Shown here: positions 43,801-54,375 of the stretch, piece after piece
How the letters are laid out: each line of letters starts with the position of its first letter
Numbering within the stretch: the first letter of the stretch is position 1
Source of the DNA: Rebecca billardiae RCC1528
Taxonomy: Eukaryota; Protista; Haptophyta
Direction: 5' to 3'
Assembly: GCA_965240325.2 (NCBI GenBank)
Contig: OZ251247.1
Coordinates: 992,001 to 1,056,000 of the forward strand
DNA: 64,000 nt
Translations under genes and position numbers: made by a program
Notes under the pieces: generated by a model
Seen by the model: the letters and a program-made list of their open reading frames with translations, nothing else
Databases searched by the model: none
What the model was told of the DNA's origin: nothing

Positions 43801-46800
43801 GTGGGCTCGGCGGTGGGCTCGGCGGCACGCCTGGCACCACCGATGGCGGTTGCGAGGGCGGCGGGCTCGGCAGCAGCGTGGGCGGCGGGCTCGGCGGCGG
43901 TGAGGGCGGAGGGCTCGGCGGTGGGCTCGGAAGTAGCGACGGTGGCGGGCTCGGCGGCGGGCTCGGTGGTGGCGGCTGCGGCGGTGGGCTCGGTGGCGGC
44001 GGCTGCGGCAGTGGGCTCGGTGGCGGCGATGGCGGCGGGCTCGGTGGCGGCGGCACGGGCGGTGGGCTCGGCGGCGGGCTCGGCGGCGGGCGCGGTGGCA
44101 GCGGCACGGGCGGCGGGCTCGGAGGCGGGCGCGGCGGCGGGCTCGGTGGCGGCGGCTGCGGCGGTGGGCTCGGTGGCGGCGATGGCGGCGGGCTCGGTGG
44201 CGGCGGCACGGGCGGTGGGCTCGGCGGCGGGCTCGGCGGCGGGCGCGGTGGCAGCGGCGCGGGCGTTGGGCTCGGAGGCGGGCTCGGCGGCGGGCTCGGT
44301 GGCGGCGGCTGCGGCGGTGGTGATGGTGGCGGGCTCGGCAGCGGGCTCGGTGGTGGCGGCGCGGGCGGTGGGCTGGGCGGCGGGCTCGGCGGCGGGCTCG
44401 GTGGCGGTGGCTGCGGCGGTGGTGATGGTGGCGGGCTGGGCGGCGGGCTCGGTGGCAGCGGCTGCGGCGGTGGGCTCGGTGGCGGCGATGGCGGCGGGCT
44501 CGGTGGCGGCGGCGCGGGCGGTGGGCTCGGCGGCGGGCTCGGCGGCGGCCTGGGTGGCGGCGGCGCGGGCGGTGGGCTGGGCGGCGGGCTCGGCGGCGGG
44601 CTCGGTGGCAGTGGCTGCGGCGGTGGTGATGGCGGCGGGCTGGGCGGCGGGCTCGGTGGCGGCGGCTGCGGCGGTGGGCTCGGTGGCGGCGATGGCGGCT
44701 GGCTCGGCGGCGACGGCGCGGGCAGCGGGCTCGGCGGCGGGCTTGGCGGCGGGCTCGGTGGCGGCGGCGCAGGCGGTGGGCTCGGCGGCGGGCTCGGCGG
44801 CGGGCTCGGCGGCGGGCTCGGTGGCGGCGGCTGCGGCGGTGGGCTCGGTGGCGGCGATGGCGGCGGGCTCGGTGGCGGCGGCACGGGCGGTGGGCTCGGC
44901 GGCGGGCTCGGCGGCGGGCGCGGTGGCAGCGGCACGGGCGGCGGGCTCGGAGGCGGGCGCGGCGGCGGGCTCGGTGGCGGCGGCTGCGGCGGTGGGCTCG
45001 GTGGCGGCGATGGCGGCTGGCTCGGCGGCGGCGGCGCGGGCGGTGGGCTCGGCGGCGGGCTCGGCGGCGGGCTCGGTGGCGGCGGGCTGGGCGGCGGGCT
45101 CGGTGGCGGCGGCTGCGGCGGTGGGCTCGGTGGCGGCGATGGCGGCGGGCTCGGTGGCGGCGGCACGGGCGGTGGGCTCGGCGGCGGGCTCGGCGGCGGG
45201 CGCGGTGGCAGCGGCACGGGCGGCGGGCTCGGAGGCGGGCGCGGCGGCGGGCTCGGTGGCGGCGGCTGCGGCGGTGGGCTCGGTGGCGGCGATGGCGGCT
45301 GGCTCGGCGGCGGCGGCGCGGGCGGTGGGCTCGGCGGCGGGCTCGGCGGCGGGCTCGGTGGCGGCGGGCTGGGCGGCGGGCTCGGTGGCGGCGGCTGCGG
45401 CGGTGGGCTCGGTGGCGGCGATGGCGGCGGGCTCGGTGGCGGCGGCGCGGGCGGTGGGCTCGGCGGCGGGCTCGGCGGCGGCCTGGGTGGCGGCGGCGCG
45501 GGCGGTGGGCTGGGCGGCGGGCTCGGCGGCGGGCTCGGTGGCAGTGGCTGCGGCGGTGGTGATGGCGGCGGGCTGGGCGGCGGGCTCGGTGGCGGCGGCT
45601 GCGGCGGTGGGCTCGGTGGCGGCGATGGCGGCTGGCTCGGCGGCGACGGCGCGGGCAGCGGGCTCGGCGGCGGGCTTGGCGGCGGGCTCGGTGGCGGCGG
45701 CGCAGGCGGTGGGCTCGGCGGCGGGCTCGGCGGCGGGCTCGGCGGCGGGCTCGGTGGCGGCGGCTGCGGCGGTGGGCTCGGTGGCGGCGATGGCGGCGGG
45801 CTCGGTGGCGGCGGCGCGGGCGTTGGGCTCGGAGGCGGGCTCGGCGGCGGGCTCGGTGGCGGCGGCTGTGGCGGCGGCGATGGCGGCGGGCTCGGTGGCG
45901 GCGGCGCGGGCGGTGGGCTCGGCGGCGGGCTCGGCGGCGGGCGCGGTGGCAGCGGCGCGGGCGGCGGGCTCGGAGGCGGGCGCGGCGGCGGGCTCGGTGG
46001 CGGCGGCTGCGGCGGTGGGCTCGGTGGCGGCGATGGCGGCGGGCTCGGGGGCGGCGGCGCGGGCGGTGGGCTCGGCGGCGGCGATGGCGGCGGGCTCGGT
46101 GGCGGCATCGCGGGCGGTGGGCTCGGCGGCGGCGATGGCGGCGGGCTCGGTGGTGGCGGCGCGGGCGGTGGGCTCGGCGGCGGGCTCGGCGGCGGGCTCG
46201 GTGGCGGTGGCTGCGGCGGTGGTGATGGTGGCGGGCTGGGCGGCGGGCTCGGTGGCGGCGGCGCGGGCGGTGGGCTCGGCGGCGGCGATGGCGGCGGGCG
46301 CGGTGGCGGCAGCGCGGGCGGTGAACTCGGTGGCGGGCTCGGCGGCGGGCTCGGGGGCGGCGGCGCGGGCGGTGGGCTCGGCGGCGGCGATGGCGGCGGG
46401 CTCGGTGGCGGCGGCGCGGGCGGTGGGCTCGGCGGCGGCGATGGCGGCGGGCTCGGTGGCGGCGGCGCGGGCGATGGGCTCGGCGGCGGCGATGGCGGCG
46501 GGCTCGGTGGTGGCGGTGCAGGCGGTGGGCTCGGCGGCGGCGATGGCGGCGGGCTCGGTGGCGGCAGCTGCGGCGGTGGGCTCGGTGGCGGGCTCGGCGG
46601 CGGGCTCGGTGGCGGCGGCGCGGGCGGTGGGCTCGGCGGCGGCGATGGCGGCGGGCGCGGTGGCGGCAGCGCGGGCGGTGGACTCGGTGGCGGGCTCGGC
46701 GGCGGGCTCGGTGGCGGCGGCGCGGGCGGTGGGCTCGGCGGCGGCGACGGCGGCGGGCTCGGTGGTGGCGGTGCGGGCGGTGGGCTCGGCGGCGGCGATG

Positions 46801-49800
46801 GCGGCGGGCTCGGTGGCGGCAGCTGCGGCGGTGGGCTCGGTGGCGGGCTCGGCGGCGGGCTCGGTGGCGGCGGCGCGGGCGGTGGGCTCGGCGGCGGCGA
46901 TGGCGGCGGGCTCGGTGGTGGCGGTGCGGGCGGTGGGCTCGGCGGCGGCGATGGCGGAGGGCGCGGTGGCGGCAGCGCGGGCGGTGGGCTCGGTGGCGGG
47001 CTCGGCGGCGGGCTCGGTGGCGGCGGCGCGGGCGGTGGGCTCGGCGGCGGCGATGGCGGTGGGCGCGGTGGCGGCAGCGCGGGCGGTGGACTCGGTGGCG
47101 GGCTCGGCGGCGGGCTCGGGGGCGGCGGCGCGGGCGGTGGGCTCGGCGGCGGCGATGGCGGCGGGCTCGGAGGCGGCGGCGCCGGCGGTGGGCTCGGCGG
47201 CGGCGATGGCGGCGGGCTCGGTGGCTGCGGCGCGGGCGGTGGGCTCGGCGGCGGCGATGGCGGCGGGCTCGGTGGCGGCAGCGCGGGCGGTGGGCTCGGC
47301 GGCGGCGATGGCGGCGGACTCGGTGGCGGCGGCGCGGGCGGTGGGCTCGGCGGCGGCGATGGCGGCGGGCGCGGTGGCGGCAGCGCGGGCGGTGGACTCG
47401 GTGGCGGGCTCGGCGGCGGGCTCGGGGGCGGCGGCGCGGGCGGTGGGCTCGGCGGCGGCGATGGCGGCGGGCTCGGTGGCGGCGGCGCGGGCGGTGGGCT
47501 CGGCGGCGGCGATGGCGGCGGGCTCGGTGGCGGCGGCGCGGGCGGTGGGCTCGGCGGCGGCGATGGCGGCGGGCTCGGTGGCGGCGGCGCGGGCGGTGGG
47601 CTCGGCGGCGGCGATGGCGGCGGGCTCGGTGGTGGCGGTGCAGGCGGTGGGCTCGGCGGCGGCGATGGCGGCGGGCTCGGTGGCGGCAGCTGCGGCGGTG
47701 GGTTCGGTGGCGGGCTCGGCGGCGGGCTCGGTGGCGGCGGCGCGGGCGGTGGGCTCGGCGGCGGCGATGGCGGCGGGCGCGGTGGCGGCAGCGCGGGCGG
47801 TGGACTCGGTGGCGGGCTCGGCGGCGGGCTCGGTGGCGGCGGCGCGGGCGGTGGGCTCGGCGGCGGCGATGGCGGCGGGCTCGGTGGTGGCGGTGCGGGC
47901 GGTGGGCTCGGCGGCGGCGATGGCGGCGGGCTCGGTGGCGGCAGCTGCGGCGGTGGGCTCGGTGGCGGGCTCGGCGGCGGGCTCGGTGGCGGCGGCGCGG
48001 GCGGTGGGCTCGGCGGCGGCGATGGCGGCGGGCTCGGTGGTGGCGGTGCGGGCGGTGGGCTCGGCGGCGGCGATGGCGGCGGGCGCGGTGGCAGCAGCGC
48101 GGGCGGTGGGCTCGGTGGCGGGCTCGGCGGCGGGCTCGGTGGCGGCGGCGCGGGCGGTGGGCTCGGCGGCGGCGATGGCGGCGGGCGCGGTGGCGGCAGC
48201 GCGGGCGGTGGACTCGGTGGCGGGCTCGGCGGCGGGCTCGGTGGCGGCGGCGCGGGCGGTGGGCTCGGCGGCGGCGATGGCGGCGGGCTCGGTGGCGGCA
48301 GCTGCGGCGGTGGGCTCGGTGGCGGGCTCGGCGGCGGGCTCGGTGGTGGCGGTGCGGGCGGTGGGCTCGGCGGCGGCGATGGCGGCGGGCGCGGTGGCGG
48401 CAGCGCGGGCGGTGGGCTCGGTGGCGGGCTCGGCGGCGGGCTCGGGGGCGGCGGCGCGGGCGGTGGGCTCGGCGGCGGCGATGGCGGCGGGCTCGGTGGC
48501 GGCGGCGCGGGCGGTGGGCTCGGCGGCGGCGATGGCGGCGGGCTCGGTGGCGGCGGTGCGGGCGGTGGGCTCGGCGGCGGCGATGGCGGCGGGCTCGGTG
48601 GCGGCGGCTGCGGCGGTGGGCTCGGCGGCGGCGATGGCGGCGGGCTCGGTGGCGGCGGCTGCGGCGGTGGGCTCGGTGGCGGCGATGGCGGCGGGCTCGG
48701 TGGCGGCGGCGCGGGCGGTGGGCTCGGCGGCGGCGATGGCGACGGGCTCGGTGGCGGCGGCGCGGGCGGTGGGCTCGGCGGCGGCGATGGCGGCGGGCTC
48801 GGTGGTGGCGGTGCGGGCGGTGGGCTCGGCGGTGGCGATGGCGGCGGGCTCGGTGGTGGCGGCGCGGGCGGTGGGCTCGGCGGCGGGCTCGGCGGCGGGC
48901 TCGGTGGCGGTGGCTGCGGCGGTGGTGATGGTGGCGGGCTCGGCGGCGGGCTCGGTGGCGGCGGCGCGGGCGGTGGGCTCGGCGGCGGCGATGGCGGCGG
49001 GCTCGGTGGCGGCGGCGCGGGCGGTGGTGATGGTGGCGGGCTCGGCGGCGGGCTCGGAGGCGGCGGCGCCGGCGGTGGGCTCGGCGGCGGCGATGGCGGC
49101 GGGCTCGGTGGCGGTGGCTGCGGCGGTGGTGATGGTGGCGGGCTCGGCAGCGGGCTCGGTGGCGGCGGCGCGGGTGGTGGGCTCGGCGGCGGCGATGGCG
49201 GCGGGCTCGGTGGCGGCGGCGCCGGCGGTGGGCTCGGCGGCGGCGATGGCGGCGGGCTCGGTGGCGGCGGCGCGGGCCGTGGGCTCGGCGGTGGCGATGG
49301 CGGCGGGCTCGGTGGTGGCGGCGCGGGCGGTGGGCTCGGCGGCGGGCTCGGCGGCGGGCTCGGTGGCGGTGGCTGCGGCGGTGGTGATGGTGGCGGGCTC
49401 GGCGGCGGGCTCGGTGGCGGCGGCGCGGGCGGTGGGCTCGGCGGCGGCGATGGCGGCGGGCTCGGTGGCGGCGGCGCGGGCGGTGGGCTCGGCGGCGGCG
49501 ATGGCGGCGTGCTCGGTGGCGGCGGCCTCGGCGGCGGCCTCGGCGGCGGCCTCGGCGGCGGCCTCGGCGGCGGCCTCGGCGGCGGCGAGAAGGGCGGGAG
49601 CGCGTCGCACGGCGCGCGCAGGTCCAGCCGGAGGGCACCGTCAGCGGCCGAGGCGTCGCCGTTGTGAAGGTGGACGGGGCGCGCGTCGTAGCAGCTGGGG
49701 CAGCTGAGCGCGAGGACGAGCGTGCTCAGGTTGGCGCACCAGCGCAGCGGCGGCGCGGGCAGCGCCGCCGGCCCGCCGCCGCCGCCCAGCTCGAGCGTCG

Positions 49801-50035
49801 TACTCACATTTACCCACGCGCCCGGCAGCGCGTACTGGAGCGGGTAATCGGGGTATTCGGTGGCGGGGTCCGTGAGGTTGAAGCGCGCGAGTGCGACGGC
49901 CTCGTCGCACGCGGCGCCCTCGTGCGGCGCGGCGCACAGCCAGCCGCGCAGCCCGAGCGCCCAGTAGAACGGCGCGACGCCATCGTTACTCACGTGCGCG
50001 CCCAATCGGAGCGCGGCGGGCGCGGCCGGCTCGGA

Positions 50036-50069
<34 letters not shown>

Positions 50070-51178
50070 AGCGGCGTCAGCGTCACACGCGCGACGCCGA
50101 GCGCGTAGCCGAGGCGCTCGGCGCCGGCCTCGGCGCGCGCGCGCTCCTCGTCGTCCGTGTACAGCCCCGCCAGCGCGTGCGCGTTCACCAGGAACGACGC
50201 GTGCGTCTCGTTCACCGCCAGCTCGAACGGCTGCGCCGTGACCGGGTCGGCGACGAGGGGCGGCGCGGCCGCGTACGCGTCGGTGAAGACCTGCGGCTGG
50301 AGTCCGGGGGAGAGCTCGCCGCCGATGATGCGCGTGTGCCACTGCGTGTACGGCGCGCGCCCGTAGAACGCGTTGAAGTCCCAGATCTGCGTGAGGAAGA
50401 ACCACGGGACCGACGGCGCATAAGTCGACCAGCAAAAAGAATCGTCATGGAAGCCCGTCGTGTGCTCGAGCACAGAGACGGCGGTGCGCGTCTGCACGTG
50501 CGTGGCGGCGGTGAAGTTGGCGGCGTACGCGTCGAGCACCGCCGCGCGCGTGCTCGGCGGCGCGAACAGCCCGTCGTTCGGCCACGTGTGCCACTCGCCC
50601 CAGTGACCCAGCAGCCCCGCCTGCACGACCGCGACGCGCGGATCGAGATTGTATCTCGCGCCGAGCTGGGCGATGAAGTGGACGAGGCAGGCGACGAGCG
50701 CGGGGTCGGCGTAGTCGGGCGACTGCCCGCCGCCGTGCTCCGTGTACGCCGTCATCCCCAGCCCGCCGTCCAGCAGGTACTGCGGCACGCCCGTGAAACT
50801 TCCGGGAAGGTCCAGCCAGAAGCGCGCGACCACGTGGCGCGCCTTGGCGGCGGCGGCGTCGAGCTTGGCGTCGAAGGCGGACCAGTCGTAGGCGCGCTCG
50901 GCCGTCACCACCTCGCGCACGGGCACCATCAGCAGGTCGAGCGACGCGTCCCACACGCCCGCGTCCCACCAGTCGTGCGGGTTGGTCAGGAACCCCTGGT
51001 ACGGGTTGGACCGGTGCGGCAGTCCGGTCCGGTTGGGCGGGCCGAGGTCCGGGGAGAGCTCGACGGGCGGGAGCGTGTCGCCCGCGCGCGCCGGCGCGGG
51101 CGTGCGCGCGGCGCCGAGCACGAGCACGAGCGCCGCCGCGGCGCGCGCGCGGGGGCGCGGCGCGGCGTGATGCGGCAT
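31883..51178 (-). CDS. Giant (~6,431 aa) polycystin-1/REJ-like membrane protein with DUF4832-like glycoside-hydrolase head, extensin-like stalk, GPS site and EF-hands
   Basis: ATG at 51178 followed by a signal-like AAAALVLVLGAA. GH-like NPYQGF..YDWSAFD..SPDYADP..GLLGHWGEWH..GFHDDSF..LGY..NDGVAPFYW (~49620-51010). SPPP repeats. GCTEPSARNYDSAAEVDDGGC. IPT-like LHPPAGPVGGGTVVTLEG and VSLNGQQFT. REJ-like LDASATLDPN and RPPYGG..F.V.A.GW..LPLSYAF. EGF-like CGARGAC..CECEPPYHGTEC. GPS CHWW..W..EGC..CACTHLTDFA (~35980-36108). PKD1-like TM segments (HTLLALL..R; VYGRLFG..EEPL). EF-hand-like AFAVCDSAGDGRVDEAGV. Small in-frame introns cannot be excluded. Confidence 0.88.
32269..32280. repeat. Palindrome core AGATTGCAATCT (13/14 match to GAGATTGCAATCTC), coding EIAIW
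   Basis: Read directly from sequence. Confidence 0.85.
33269..33282. repeat. 14-bp palindrome GAGATTGCAATCTC (coding GDCNL) at a tandem-duplication junction
   Basis: Flanking 32-bp direct repeats at 33239-33270 and 33287-33318. Confidence 0.95.
34575..34588. repeat. 14-bp palindrome GAGATTGCAATCTC (coding EIAIS)
   Basis: Adjacent to a (GCC)n tract. Confidence 0.95.
35216..35229. repeat. 14-bp palindrome GAGATTGCAATCTC (coding GDCNL) at a tandem-duplication junction
   Basis: Exact 20-bp direct repeats at 35188-35207 and 35230-35249. Confidence 0.95.
36324..36337. repeat. 14-bp palindrome GAGATTGCAATCTC (coding EIAIS); symmetry extends to 18 bp
   Basis: CCGAGATTGCAATCTCGG at 36322-36339. 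Confidence 0.95.
39264..39287 (+). repeat. Interstitial telomere-like (TTAGGG)4, in frame in the giant ORF (PNPNPNPN)
   Basis: Read directly; one more unit at 39243-39248. Confidence 0.9.
40128..40141. repeat. 14-bp palindrome GAGATTGCAATCTC (coding EIAIS)
   Basis: Read directly from sequence. Confidence 0.95.
41070..49600 (-). repeat. Coding minisatellite encoding ~2,840 aa of Ser-Pro3-4 (extensin/pherophorin-like) repeats
   Basis: Continuous GGCGGCGGGCTC-type repeats in two zones (SPPP(A/Q)PPPP at ~43960-49600; SLPP/VVPGVPP/LTPIPP at ~41070-43960). Exact 540-bp tandem duplication near 41970-43060. Confidence 0.95.
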
Positions 51179-51698
51179 GGCTACGAGCTGCTGGGCTCTC
51201 CGTGGCTGCCACTGAAGGGACGAACTTGCCGCCCGAGAAGTGATCGGCTGAACATAGTTAAAAATAGACTGACCGCGCAAACCGAAATGGCGCGCCTGGC
51301 GCTGATTGGCTCAGCGCGAACGACATGTGAACCCCGAGTACTCGTCGCTTGCATCAATCAAGATCGTCGTAGTTGATGCTGATGATCATTGTCGGTCCGG
51401 GCGTGAGGCGGCGGAAGGAATCTCGCACGAAGGACGACCCGCGAACGAAGCAGTGCGCGCGATGATCGCCGACGCCACGGCCCACGCCACGCCTTGCTTA
51501 GGAGCTGCGCTCGTCGGCTCATCTCGCTGCCCGTCGGCTGGCAGGCTGCGTCAGCTAGAGTAGTCAGCCGCGCCGCCCGGCGCTGCTTAACCAGCTATAG
51601 TAGCACGCGGGCAGCGTGCGGGCCGCCGCCATGCTGCGCACACGCCGACGGCAGCTGATGCCAGGTACTGAATGACCCGCGCCAAGCGCGGCCCGCGG

Positions 51699-52680
51699 CT
51701 ACTGCGCCCCCTCCGGCGTGCCACCGCCGGAGGGAGGCGAAGGAGCGGCGCCCCCCTGCTGCTGCGGCTCCTCCGAGCTCGGCCCGTCGTCGTCGTCGGC
51801 CGCGTCCTCCGCGGCGGCGGCGGCGGCAGGCTCCAGCGGCGCCCCCTGGCCCATCAGCCCGGCGAGCGCACCGCCCTCCGCCTCCGCCGCCGCCAAGTCC
51901 GCGTCCGCGACGGCGAGGCGCAGCCGCCCAAGCCAGAACGACACGTGCCCGGCGCACAGGCAAAAGTCGAGCGGCGCGCCGCGCGCGCGCGCCCACGGCT
52001 CGTCGCGCCGCGTGCGAAGCCAGTGCTGCCACCCGAGCCGCGCGTCGTTGACGAGAGAGGTCACGATGGTCGGCGCTGCGGTGTTTGGTCCGTTCGCCGC
52101 GCCGGCGGCGGCGTCGGCGGCGGCGCGCACGACGGCCTCCGCGCTCTCCCAGCGGCGCAGCACGTACCCCGGCGCCGCGCGCTCCTCCGGACTCGTCACC
52201 ATCACCATCTCCGGCTGCGCGTGCTGGACGAGCTCGTGCGCGAGCGCGCTCGCGGCGCGCGCGCGCTCGCCGCTCGGCGCGCGCGCGTCCGCGAGCAGCA
52301 GGACGAGCGCCTCGAGCGCGGCGGTGACGTACGCGCCTGGCTCGAGCACGCCGCGCTCGCCGCGGCCCGTGAGCGCCCCCAGCTTGAGCCCGTCCAGCGC
52401 GTCGAGGCACTGCAGTAGCAGCCCATGCGACACAGCGAACGACTCGACAGTGCACAGCGCGTCTGCCGCCGTGCCCATCGCCCAGTCCGCCGCGCAGCCG
52501 GTGCGCGCGGCCTGGTACGCGGAGAGCGCGCAGAGCTCGCGGCTCACGTTGCACAGGCCCGCGTGCACGCACAGCGCGAACATGCGCAGCGCGCCGTGCA
52601 GCGCGCACGCGGCGCGGCGGAAGCTCGCGGGGACGTCCACCTCAGCCGCCGCCGCCGAGATTGCAATCTCGGCCGCCGCC

Positions 52681-52718
<38 letters not shown>

Positions 52719-54116
52719 CGGCTGGCCGCCACCGCCGTCCGCGGCAGCGGCGGCGCCGCCGCCGCCGCCACCAGGCACGCCCGCCACAGCCCCGCCCGCG
52801 GCGGCGGGCATTGGCTGGGCGCCCGCCGCCATCGCGGCCAGGAGCTGAGGCTGGGGGCCCGGCGCCATCGCGGCCAGCGCCGGCGGCTGGGCGCCCGCCG
52901 CCATCGCGGCCAGGAGCTGAGGCTGGGGGCCCGGCGCCATTGCGGCCAGCGCCGGCGGCTGGGCGCCCGCCGCCATCGCGGCCAGGAGCATTGGCTGGGG
53001 GCCCGGCGCCATCGCGGCCAGCGCCGGCGGCACGCTCCGGAACGGCCCGAGCAGCCGGCACGCCAGGCAGGAGAGCGCCTGGAGCGCGGCGGCGCGCTCG
53101 GCGGCGCCGCCGGCGCAGCCGCCCGGGCCGGAGAGGTTAGGGTTAGGGTTAGGGTTGGGGTGGTTAGGGGCAGGAGGAGGGGGAGGGGTCGTCCCTGCGA
53201 GAAGCAGCCGGACATCCTCGCACGCCTCGCAGGCGTGCTGGAGCTCGAGCACGCCGTCGTCGAAGGCGATCGTGTACGGCGGCGCAGCGTCGCCACCCGC
53301 GCCGCCGCCGCCGCCACCGCCGCCGTCGGCCGCGGCGCCCGCGGGCGCGGGCGGCGGCGCGAGCGCGCACAGACCGATTGGCACAAAGCGCGCCGCGCGC
53401 AGCCGGCCGCAGCCATCCGCGCCGCCGGCCTCGTCGTGCAGCGCGTCGACGCCAGCCTCGTCCGGCTGCGCGTGCGCGAGCAGCGCGCCCTCGGGGGGCT
53501 CGGGCGCCACCGGCTCCGGCTCGCCGCCCGCCCCGGGCTCGGGCGCCACCGGCTCCGGCTCGCCGCCCGCCACCGCCTCGCGCAGCGCGAGCGACCGGAA
53601 CGTTGCAGCGAAGAGCACGCACGCGCGGAAGTAGCGCTCGTCGGCCGGGAGCGCGGCGACGCCAGCGCCGCGCGGCGGCGTGCTGCGTGGCGGGGGTAGC
53701 TGTAGCTGCGGCTGCTCGGCCGCGGGGCTCGGCCCCGCGCCGCCGCCGCGCGCCGCCGCCGCGGCGGCCGCCTCCGCCTGTAGCTGCGCGCTCACTTGGA
53801 GCAAGCGCGCGCGCGCGGCCTCGCGCAGGCCGCGCAGCGCCCGGCGCAGCGCGGGCTTGGACGCGCCGCAGTGGAGCATCTCGGCGCGCTGCGTCACCAT
53901 GCCCCGCGGCCACGCCAAGGCGAAGCACGTGCGGTTGACGCAGCCGAACGCGAGCACGGGCGCTAGGTCGCACACGCCGTGCCGCGCGGGGTCGGGCGCG
54001 GGCAGGAGGCGCAGGATGGCGGCCGCGAGGTCGGGCGTGTTGAAGACGAGCTGCGCGAGCCCGCGCGACGGCGCGTCGGCCGCGTGAGGCGAGGCTGCTC
54101 GCGTCGGGGCCGCCAT
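51699..54116 (-). CDS. Uncharacterised protein (~805 aa) with an N-terminal F-box-like motif
   Basis: ATG at 54116. VFNTPDLAAAILRLL...DLAPVLAFGCVNRTC resembles an F-box. Host-like GC3-rich codons. Three internal LAAMAPGPQPxLLAAMAAGAQP repeats, an in-frame TTAGGG tract and the palindrome. Confidence 0.75.
52657..52670. repeat. 14-bp palindrome GAGATTGCAATCTC inside a poly-Ala codon tract; symmetry extends to 20 bp
   Basis: GCCGAGATTGCAATCTCGGC at 52654-52673. Confidence 0.95.
53137..53169 (+). repeat. Interstitial telomere-like TTAGGG tract, in frame (PNHPNPNPNPN)
   Basis: Three consecutive perfect units, then TTGGGG and a further TTAGGG. Confidence 0.85.
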
Positions 54117-54375
54117 CGCGCCCTTCGGGGTTGCGAGGGCCGAGGCGCGGCTTGTGGTGGTGGGGGCTTTTGCCTTTTGGGCCAGTCCGAGGCTCCGGGC
54201 GACAGGATGTGAGAGCCAATCGATAATATTTCCGTCGTATCGGTCGCATTTCTTCATCAATAATACCAGATAAACTCTACATACGAGCGCCGATCGATGA
54301 TTTCCGTCGTATCGGTCCTTCCAGTAGTGGGCAAAGAGCTGGCAGTGCTCTTCCTTTCATGTTGAACCACTGGGA

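Noticed and set aside
40374-49707. Gly-rich (2818 aa), Ala-rich (2873 and 3078 aa) and Arg/His-rich (1973 aa) giant ORFs
   Set aside because: Alternative frames of the Ser-Pro repeat. Only the Pro frame connects recognisable domains on both sides.
51179-51280. ORF-track start MRGQSIF for the giant protein
   Set aside because: It is a TTG start; the first ATG at 51178 precedes a signal-peptide-like segment.
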